From contig OZ024741.1 of NCBI GenBank assembly GCA_964016885.1, positions 354,826,001-354,890,000 of the forward strand: a stretch of DNA of 64,000 nt, read 5' to 3'. The position numbers and the translations under genes are program-made. Position 1 is the first letter of the stretch. Every line of letters starts with the position of its first letter. Source of the stretch: Eledone cirrhosa. Its lineage: Eukaryota. Of the stretch, positions 50,438-60,215 are shown one piece after another. The notes beneath the pieces are model-generated. The model saw only the letters and a list, made by a program, of their open reading frames with translations. It was not told where the DNA came from and made no database searches.

Positions 50438-51531
50438 ACCAGATAGAAAAATGCGTACAGCAAAAAAAAGTAATATTGTTGGAATATAAACCTTTAAAAA
50501 TACAGGACAAGAAACTAAAATAAAACTTTAAAAGAATAGGACAAGAAACTAAGATAAAACTTTAAAAGAATAGGACAAGAAACTAAGATAAAACTTTAAA
50601 GAATTGGACAAGAAATAAAAAATTTTACAATAATATTAGTGGCAACATTTTTTTATTCGTTTCCTGTGCTATGCCCCAGTATCTTCTTGATTAGTGCATA
50701 ATAATTGTCATGCTCTCATTGTGCGTTGCCCCTGAGCGGTTGGTTCTGGTTGGGGTTGGTTGGCTGAGCAGTTCTGCTCCGTCAGAATGACCATTGCAAG
50801 AAGAATTGGCCGATGCAGTTGCAGGTCTCCTCCAAGAATGCACTTCTGGTCCCGCAACACCAGACGAAGATGGAGAAGACGACCGGGACAAGATGTCGAC
50901 TCTGACCACCGACTACGGCACCTCCCTCAATCACCGGTCCTCCCTCCCTCTGTCCCGTCATCCCTCCAGTCCTCCTGCTCCCCCTTCCTGTACCAGAAAG
51001 CTGTGGCACGCATTCATCTGGACTGCCGGACTTGAACTCAAGGACAAGATGCAAGGAGAAGATGGACGGGTTGGTCAAGATCAAGGATGAGCGGGACGAC
51101 AAGATCGTCCGCTGCTGCTCAACATCTGTGCTTATGGGCCCATGGGTCCATTCACATTATGCATGACACATGAGGTGTGTTGCCGAATGATGAAATAGGG
51201 GTATGGTTATGGCCCAATTGGTGTTCAAACCAGGATCAAATGATCCCCTGGTCTGACGACGACCTCTGAATGTGGAACCCAGAGCCTATGAATGTGGAAC
51301 TCAATTTTTTACCAATAAAAATGTTGCCACTAATATTATTGTAAAATTTTTTATTTCTTGTCCAATTCTTTAAAGTTTTATCTTAGTTTCTTGTCCTATT
51401 CTTTTAAAGTTTTATCTTAGTTTCTTGTCCTATTCTTTTAAAGTTTTATTTTAGTTTCTTGTCCTGTATTTTTAAAGGTTTACATTCCAACAATATTACT
51501 TTTTTTTGGTGTACGCATTTTTCTATCTGGT
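50438..51531. mobile_element. Foldback-like cassette: ~220-bp inverted repeats with internal 34-bp tandem subrepeats around a 656-bp GC-rich core
   Basis: 50438-50657 is the near-perfect reverse complement of 51314-51531. Subrepeat ggacaagaaactaagataaaactttaaaagaata. No TSD was recognised. Confidence 0.75.
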
Positions 51532-51619
51532 ATATATATATATCATAAAGAGTATAGAAAGTACCTTGAAAGATCAGTCTAATTTGCATGACATGTATAC
51601 ATTTGGCAATGTAACTTAA

Positions 51620-53613
51620 TCTCCTTATAATATATAACCAGCAATTTCTCTGTTTGTCTGTCTGTCCGACAGTGGAAACACGTGCGCGCGTTTTTTGCGC
51701 ACGCGTAGAGAGAGTGAGAGTGAAAGAAAGAGACAGACTACGAGAGGGGGATAGCGGGAGGGAGAGAGAGAGAGAGAGAGAGTGAATAGACGCTAAAACA
51801 CGTGCGCGCGTGTGAATGTTTTTTGCGCACGCGTAGAGAGAGAGTGAGAGTGAAAGAAAGAGACAGACTACAAGAGGGGGATAGCGGGAGGGAGAGAGGG
51901 GGAATTGAGGAGTGCTACAGAAACATATATACATTTCTGTGTGTGTGTAATATATATATATATACACACACAGAAATATATATATATATACACACAGAAA
52001 TATATATACATTTCTGTGTGTGTAATATATATATATATATATATACACACACAGAAATATATATATATATTTCCGTGTGTGTGTATATATATATATATAT
52101 TACACACACAGAAATATATATACATCCCTTAGCTACTGTTCTGTATCTGTTGCTATATCTCTCTCTCTTTCCAGCTATCCCTCTCTTTTAGTCTGTCTGT
52201 TTCTCTCACTCTCACTCTTTCTCTTTGTAACACTCTAACATTCCTCCCCTCTATCGCTGTGACGAATGGGGAGATGGAGGAGGAGGAGAGAGTCACTTCG
52301 TCACTTCACCTCTGCCTTTCTCTCCCCTCTCACTCCCTCATTATGTACAGACATTAGGGCGGTGGATTGGCAGAATCTGTAGAGAGTCGGACACCATGCT
52401 TCATAGCATGGAGTTACGTCCCTTTACGGTCTGAGTTCAAATACCGCCGAGGTTAACTTTGCCTTTCATCCTCATGGGGTCGATAAAATAAAGTACCAGT
52501 AATGTACTGGGTAATTGCCAGAGAATGTCTGTCTGTCTGTCCAATCACTAAAACTCAACCACCCAACCGATTGTTTTCAAGATGGTTGGATAACAGTCAT
52601 GAGCTTGGCTGGTCACGCTTTGGGATCCAGCTGGATCAGTTAGAGATGTTTGCTACTGATAGACTGGAAGGAGTGTTTGAGAAGGACTCTGCCCCCACAA
52701 CCCTCTCAGAAATAAGTGGGTGAAGAAGAAGATATTTTCAATTTACTTTTCAATTTGCATATATCTATATGCATATATATTTGCGTATAACACCAATATG
52801 CACACTACATATGCTAGCAGAAAACTGCACGAAGGGCGGTTTTTCTGCTAGTCTATATATATAAAACTGAGGATGTCTGTCTGTATGTGTGTGAGTTTGA
52901 ATCCCTAGAACTAGAGAAGCACCCAACCGACTGTTTTCAAACTTTACACATGTAATACTTATGTTTCAATGCCCTAGGGACCGCATTAAGCGATTTAGTG
53001 ATAATTCTTAGTCTTTCTCTTTTTAGATAGATACATACATATAACGTCGTGCCCTTATAATATGTCTGTATGTCTGGCTGTCTGCTGCCTCCGGTTATTC
53101 TGCCACCCGTGCTCAAGACAAATCTCACACTCATTCCCCAAACAGTTAGTAAGTGCACACAACTTCTTCCTCGTGTTATAAGCCACAGTGTTGCTTACTT
53201 ACGTACCACCAGACCCTTACTTCTTTGCCAGCCGTGGTTGTGGCAATACTAAGCTTAGCTAAGGCGGTTATATATTTCACAATACCTTATCCTGTGCAAC
53301 GCCGGGTACCACTGCTAGTCTCCTTATAATATATAACCAGCAATTTCTCTGTTTGTCTATCTGTCTGTCCGACAGTGGAAACACGAGAGAGTGAGAGTGA
53401 AAGAAAGAGACAGACTACGAGAGGGGGATAGCGAGAGGGAGAGAGAGAGAGAGTGAATAGACGCTAAAACACGTGCGCGCGTGCGAATGTTTTTTGCGCA
53501 CGCGTAGAGAGAGAGTGAAAGAAAGAGACAGACTACAAGAGGGGGATAGTGGGAGGGAGAGAGGGGGGAATTGAGGAGTGCTACAGAAACATATATACAT
53601 TTCTGTGTGTGTG

Positions 53614-53656
<43 letters not shown>

Positions 53657-54738
53657 AATATATATATATTTCTGTGTGTGTGTATATATATATGTATATA
53701 TATTTCTGTGTGTGTATATATATATATATATTACACACACATATATATATATATTACACACACAGAAATGTATATATATTTCTGTGTGTGTATATATATA
53801 TATATATATTACACACACAGAAATGTATATATATTTCTGTGTGTATATATATATATTTCTGTGTGTGTATATATATATATATATTACACACACACAGAAA
53901 TGTATATATGTTTCTGTAGCACTCCTCAATTCCCCCCTCTCTCCCTCCTGCTATCCCCCTCCTGTAGTCTGTCTCTTTCTTTCACTCTCTCTCTACGCGT
54001 GTGCAAAAAACATTCGCACGCGCGCACGTGTTTTAGCGTCTATTCACTCTCTCCCTCTCTCGCTCCCGCTATCCCCCTCTCGTCTATATATATAAAACAG
54101 AGGATGTCTGTCTGTTTGTGTGTGTGTGTGTGTGTGTCTATGAATTTGAATCCCGAAAACTCGAGAAGTACTCAACCGATTCTTTTTTTAATTTACATGT
54201 GTATTACTTATGTTTCAGGGAGTGTTATGCACATAAAATTCAACTTTTTGATCCCCCAGGGCCCGCATTAGGTCAAAAATTCCTTTTTTTTTCAGCTTTT
54301 TAGGGGTTTTTTGAGGCGTTATGTCAGACCGATGTCCTTGAAATTGTAACTATGTATTAGTCAGTTTCTTCTTCATACCGTGAGCAAAGAAAATCCAACT
54401 TTTTTATGGCCTAGGGCCTGCATTAGGTCAAAAACTTCATTTTTTCAGCTTTTTAGGGCTGTTTTGAGGCGTTAAGTCTAGTCGATTTTCCCGAAATTTC
54501 AAGGCATGTTATGCACATAAAAAAATTCATTTTCTTGATCCTCTAGGGCCCGCATTAGGTGAAAACCTTCATTTTTCCTGCTTCATCGAGGAAAATCTTA
54601 AAGATTATCCAGCCATCAGAGTATTCGGTTTATTTTCTTTACATATTGTCCAGGCATGCAGTTTTTCCACGATTAGGTCTGTTGGCGGCCCACATTCCAA
54701 AATACCTTATCCCGTGCAACGCCGGGTACTACTGCTAG
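51620..54738 (+). mobile_element. Composite, concatenated non-autonomous Helitron
   Basis: A|TCTCCTTATAAT...ccgtgcaacgccgggtactactgCTAG|T, with internal CTAG|TC junctions at 52848-52853 and 53315-53320. It shares blocks with 38463, 40235-43715 and 62547. Confidence 0.85.
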
Positions 54739-55509
54739 TAAATAATAAATATCTATACTAAAACACAGCACATATTTGAACGTTTAGGGTAAATTTATTG
54801 TACATATAAATATCTTTATAATAAAACACAGGTGTTAAGTAACAACCACTTTGTCCTAGATTTGTTTGAGGAATGGTAATTTGCTATCTCCTTGCGTACC
54901 CCTCTATCTTTCACATAGTGTTGACAAGATGGTCAGTTGTAAAAGCAGCAGCTATCTATAGCCATCTGCCTATGTACCATATTTGATGGCTTATAAGGCA
55001 GGCATTTAAAAATATATAATAAATGGGTTTAAACAATGGGTTTAAAATGTCAGGTGAAGGGTTTGTACATTGTATTTTTTTTTATTATCATTCTACAACA
55101 TAATTTTAGTTCTAATATTTTAGTATTTTTTGTTGAAATATTTAGTACATTTTTAAAATAAAAGAAAGTGAAAATAAATTTATTTTATTCATCATAAAAT
55201 TTATTAAAATTATAGCTGTTTTCAGAAAAGAGTTGCCATTTTGGGGGTAGAAGCAATCGCCACCTTGTTTACATTTGCAGGCATGTTTGTGGCTTAATTT
55301 AAGGCTCACTGCAGCACTAGAACTCCACTAGCCAGTAATCCAAACTCACTCTTGCCCTTATAAAACACAAGGTGACTTTCTGGGTAAAAAAAGTGCATAA
55401 TATAAACCGTCAAATACAGTATTTATTTATCTTCAGGCAATAAAAACATCTATCTGCCTGCCTGTCAAACCATTTGATCTATCTACCTATCTAACTGTCT
55501 ATCTATCTA

Positions 55510-56117
55510 CTTCGAGACAAGATCTACAGGCACGGATGCCCCAGCAGGGATCCTTCCAAGAGGACGTGTCCAAGATGCGAGCAGGACATTGAAACCGTCT
55601 TGTACACTGCCTAGGCGTAACCGACCTGTGGAGCTACGCAGAACAACTGCTGTCACGTATGGGACAAATCCAGTTGACTGCCAAGTCCATAGTAAGGATC
55701 AAACCGCGGACAGAAGCCTTTCTCTCCGGACAACAACTCATTCCCTTCTTTAGGTACCACTTTAGAAGGAGAATCAGAGTGGAGAGAGGTACTGCACCCC
55801 AGTAAATTTACTGAAAGGTGGGTGAATGTAGCAAAAATGGCCCGAGTGATTGGGCCTTCTCTGTATATAAACCTGTAGGCTGAAGATGAGAGCAAAAGGA
55901 GGAAAGGAGCACTTGCACAATGCGCTCCTGGAGTTGAGGGCTGTTCTATCTACGGGGTATTAAACAACCCATTTGTAATGCCTCCCCCCTTTTGGGGATT
56001 TCAATTGTTGAATTTGTTTGTTTAAACATTTTTTTTTACACGATTGTATGTAAAATCCCCAGCATAAATCCTTGTATTGTCCCCTTTTCTTGTGCGCCCT
56101 TGTGGCAAATAAAGAAA
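55510..56117 (+). mobile_element. L1/Tx1-clade LINE 3' end (zf-RVT region) inserted in a (TATC)n/(TACC)n tract
   Basis: LRDKIYRHG..CPRCEQDIETVL..DLWSYAEQLLSR..FRYHFRRRIRVER..FTERWVNVA..INL* (stop 55876-55878). AATAAA at 56108. Microsatellite on both sides. Confidence 0.8.
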
Positions 56118-56589
56118 TATATCTACTTATCTATCTACCTACCTACCTACCTACCTACCTACCTACCTACCTACCTACCTACCTATCTATCTATTTATCT
56201 ATCTATCTATCTGTCTGTCTGGACTGATTATCAATCTACAGTTATCTAGTTATGTGTATTTATTTACCATTGTATCTATTTTTAGACAAAAACAGCAATA
56301 ACAACAAAGCATAAATCCAAATAGCAGTCTGAAGACGAGTTGATAGATAAGTAGAACAGAGTTATCGTAATTTAGGGCATATACGTTTGATAACAATTAA
56401 AGAAAATATGGAAGAAAATTATTGTAACTTATTTAAATGAATGTAAAATGAAATTCAGTGATGGCCAAGGTGACAAGAGGACGGAGGTCAAGGAATATTG
56501 AGGGTTTAAACATCTTCACATAGAATATTGTAATCAGGTCTTTCTAGATAGTAGCTTCAAAGACAAGATTAAGTACATACTCAACCAAC

Positions 56590-57540
56590 TCTTACCTAAA
56601 AATAGTAGAAAAATAATCTGGTTCATTAAACATGAATACTAATGCAAGTAGGAAGTTCTTAGGTCTGATAGATAAGCATTTTCCCCCATAACGTAAGTAC
56701 AGTAAAATATTCAGTAGGTGCTCCATGAAAATAAGCTATTCCTGCAGGCCCTCCATGAGATCGAAAATACCTGTTAAAAAAAAAACCTAATGTAGATCCA
56801 AACTGCCCTCCGTAGCAGAGCTGTAAAATCAAGTTGCATACGAGACCAAAGTTACACCTACCACCAACAACCATACAGAGAAGAGTGACAGATATATTGC
56901 TATGGTACAAGATAATTTTAAACAATGATACTACTTGCTTTAGGCACCCTGAGTTGAAGGTCAACTTGGCCGTGGCAAAAATAAAGTCTGGTAGTTAAAA
57001 GATAAAGGAGTTCCCCCATAATATAAAATGGAGAATCCTAGGGAGGTCCAGACCATACATTAATGGAATAAAGAAATGCTTCCTCTGCCTTAGGATTTTA
57101 CAGGACTTGAACTCATCGAAAAAATACCTGAACTCTAAGAACGAGATGTTAAGGACTATTACCACCTCAAGACACCCAGGCAGCACAAACAGAAGTACTA
57201 CATCTGCAATAATTCCAACACATTAATACTCTTTTCTGCATGTCACATTTTTCCAAAACATACACCTCACTATCAACTGAACAATCACAGAGACACAGTA
57301 ACACACATACATCACAATCATGCACATTATTAAACAAAATTCACCTCTCTTGGAAAATGGAACGTTCCTTTGGGGTTGTGACCCCTTTTAATGCATGACT
57401 TTTTAACTAGATCTTGGTCTGACATTAACTGTGCCTGATGAAAAAGGCCTTAGCATTGCACATACATTCTGTACCACTGTGTGAAACCTGCTGTTGCCAC
57501 CACACCAATGCTTTGAAACCTAAGATAGCACAATACATGT
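56590..57540 (+). mobile_element. Penelope-like element remnant (linker, GIY-YIG endonuclease and 3' terminal repeat region)
   Basis: Frameshifted RKIIWF, NTNASRKFLGLIDKHFP, SKIFSR.SMKISYSC, YIAMVQDNFKQ, VW.LKDKG, IKWRILGRSRPYINGIKKCFLCL and LNSKNEM, all typical of EN+ PLEs. Confidence 0.82.
57430..57532 (+). ncRNA. Degenerate type-I hammerhead ribozyme at the Penelope terminus
   Basis: TGTGC-CTGATGA-[stem II incl. AGCATTG/CAATGCT]-GAAA-CCTAAGA-TA-GCACA. Stem III has a C:A mismatch. Confidence 0.5.
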
Positions 57541-59694
57541 TACATGTATGAATCATAATAATTATATATATATCAACACTGTTTAACGTCCATGTTTCCA
57601 CACTGGCATGAGTTAGATGAGTTATCCTGTTGTAAGCAATGCCAGGTCAGGTGACCATGTCTTTCTCATACAGAACTGATTTTGGCTTGGTTTCTACAGC
57701 TAGATGCCCTTCCTAGCACCAACCTCATTTACAGTGAGTGCTGGGTGCTTTTTGTCATGACACCTACACAGCCACTTTACAGTGTGGACTGGGGCTTTTT
57801 ATCGTAATACCTCCACAACTACTTTACAGTGAATACTGGCCTATCATCATCGTCATCATTTTACGTCCGCTTTTTTTGCCTGAGATTAAAGTAAATTGCA
57901 AAATACATCAAGCTAAAGGTATAAATAACAGAAAAGGTTGAGAATAATTAACATAGATGATTCTTTGTTGACTGGAAACATTTGTTGTTGATGTTCATTT
58001 GCCTCAAGTGACTCTTGATTAAGCAAACCTAAAGTCAATACCATCTCCAGCTGAGCTGAGCCATCTTTTTATGTATCAGAAACAAGATTCTCTAATGTAT
58101 CACTCCTTTTTGGAGGCAGTTGTGGATTCTGCTAAAGTTACTCAAGGGCCAGTTTGCAGTTTTAAACAGGGCAATGATTAAATTTACCATCCAAGAACAT
58201 GTACAGTCTGTTTCATGGGTTTCTACACCATTTTTGTCAACCTAATTTCACTGTCATGGTTGGGTCAACCTGTGGCTATAATAAAATACACCTGCCCATG
58301 GTGCTGGGGAGCCATATAATTATAATTAGAATACTATCTATATCACCTAATTAGCAATGAGTGAGTTTGCTTTGAAAGCATACTTACAAAATAGGAATAG
58401 AGTGGAAAAAGTTTAGGGAACTACTACCTTTGTTGGCAATGAAAGGATTCTATCTCCAAGTAAAGGGTAGATTGTATGATGCCTGTATACATAGTGCAGG
58501 GAGAAAGGAACATGACAGTTGGAGAGAAGCTGTACTAGAAAATACCTTTCCAACCCATGAAAGTATGGAAAATGGACATAAAAATGATGATGATGATGAT
58601 GATGATGTCCCTAGTTTTTGTTTGTGAACTTTTTAACTACATGGCTATGTTCACAGAAGATATTTGCATAAGTGATTGTCACTAATATAAATTGGCCATC
58701 TCTTTAAAGATAAAAGTGTATTAACAAAAAAAGATTCAATTAGATATTAGATATTATGGAATCTATCTTTGCTTTCAACTTGTCCTGTTAACCACAGATC
58801 TAACTTGAAGGCAGCTATTCAGCAGTTTTCCATTGATCTGTCACAACGTAATTGGAAATTCTGAAGAGCACAGCCACTTATATATAGAAAGTCGAAGTAT
58901 TGCTATGCTGCTTACAATAAATTCAGTGAGTGAGTGAGTGAGTGAGTGTGTGTGCATGTGTATGTGCAAATCTAGTAATCAAAAAAGGCTTCCATAGATT
59001 TTATGCATTCTCCAAGACAACATAGCATTCTGTCAAACACAGGAAGACTATGGCTGATATACAAAAGAGATTTAATTCTAAAATTATATTGTATTAGATT
59101 CTAACGGCATAAATAATATACAGTTGACATCATTAACTAACTGAATATAGTATATATATATATAGGCTTAAAAATAAGAATAAGAATACGCAAGAAGGGG
59201 GGGGGGGGTCCTCATCAGTTGTCTACTGGGGGTCTCGGATATTTCAACACTTTAAAGACAATATATCTACCCCCAGCACGTTCAATAACTAGGTAAGTTA
59301 TTGGGAAAACGGAGGGGGGAGGGAAGGAAAATAGAAGGAAAAAGGGAAGAAAAGAGAAAACCTGAAAAAAAACAACTTGAAGAAAGAAAATCCAAGTCCA
59401 CGTCGGTGGCTGAACATAAGTTCTAGAGCGTGTGGACGAACGAAAAGACACGTCTGATCCGAGCAAGTGTAAGTGAGAAAAGAACTGTTAGAGGGTCAGG
59501 CAGGGGAAACAATAAGGTGGCTGGTGGAGAGAGGGTGAGTGAAAGCGAGAGGGAGAAAGAGAGAGAAAGAAAGAGGGGGAAGAGTAGATAGCAACGAAAT
59601 AGGTAGGTAGAAGGAGAGAGAAGACGGGTCACAGCAAAAATGATAAAATATATGGAGAATAGGATGGCTATATAATATATAGTATATAGTATGC

Positions 59695-60060
59695 ATCATC
59701 ATCATCGATTAAAGTCTATCCTCCAGACTAGCATGGATTAGACGGGTTTGTCCCATTTAGAGGCAAGTTGGGTTGAGTGTTTCTGGCTGGTTTTCTATGG
59801 CTGGATGGCCTTCCTAACACCAACCACATTGACAGTGTGTGCTAGGTGCTTTTTGCCATGTCTTTTACAGTAGTATATCATCATCATCATCATCATCATC
59901 ATCATTTTACGTCCGCTTTTACCTGCTTGCAAGGGTGGGACAGGAACTGATTCTGGCTTGATTTCTACAGCTCGATGCCCTTCCTAACACCAACCTCATT
60001 TACAGTGAGTGCTGGGTGCTTTTTTGCTGTGGCACCTCCACGAACACTTTACAGTGGAAT
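59695..60060 (-). mobile_element. Stacked RTE 3'-UTR fragments
   Basis: Two ttctacagctggatgcccttcctaacaccaacc cores, each preceded by (cat)n. A similar piece lies at 57580-57800. Confidence 0.7.
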
Positions 60061-60215
60061 GATAGGGACCCAGTCCCTATCATCTCATTTCTACAGCTGA
60101 GTAAACTGGAGCAATGTGAAATAAAGTGTCTTGATATATATATACTATATTCAGTTAGTTAATGATGTCAACTGGATATTATTTATATGGTTAGAATCTA
60201 ACACAATATATATAT

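Noticed and set aside
50760-51035. Arg-rich 91-aa ORF as a protamine-like or capsid-like protein
   Set aside because: It is an alternative frame of a GC-rich segment; the acidic/coiled-coil frame has more gene-like codon usage, and neither is confirmed.
51446-54271. Long ORFs of 130-240 aa rich in YI/CV/HT
   Set aside because: They are translations of (TA)n/(CA)n/(GA)n minisatellites in Helitrons. The same applies to the ORFs at 2666-2957, 6344-6720, 8441-8686 and 40796-41176.
58798-58847. Candidate small exon (ccacag|..SNLKAAIQQFSIDLSQ|gtaatt)
   Set aside because: No similarity to BPNT1 or any recognised protein, and the donor is weak.
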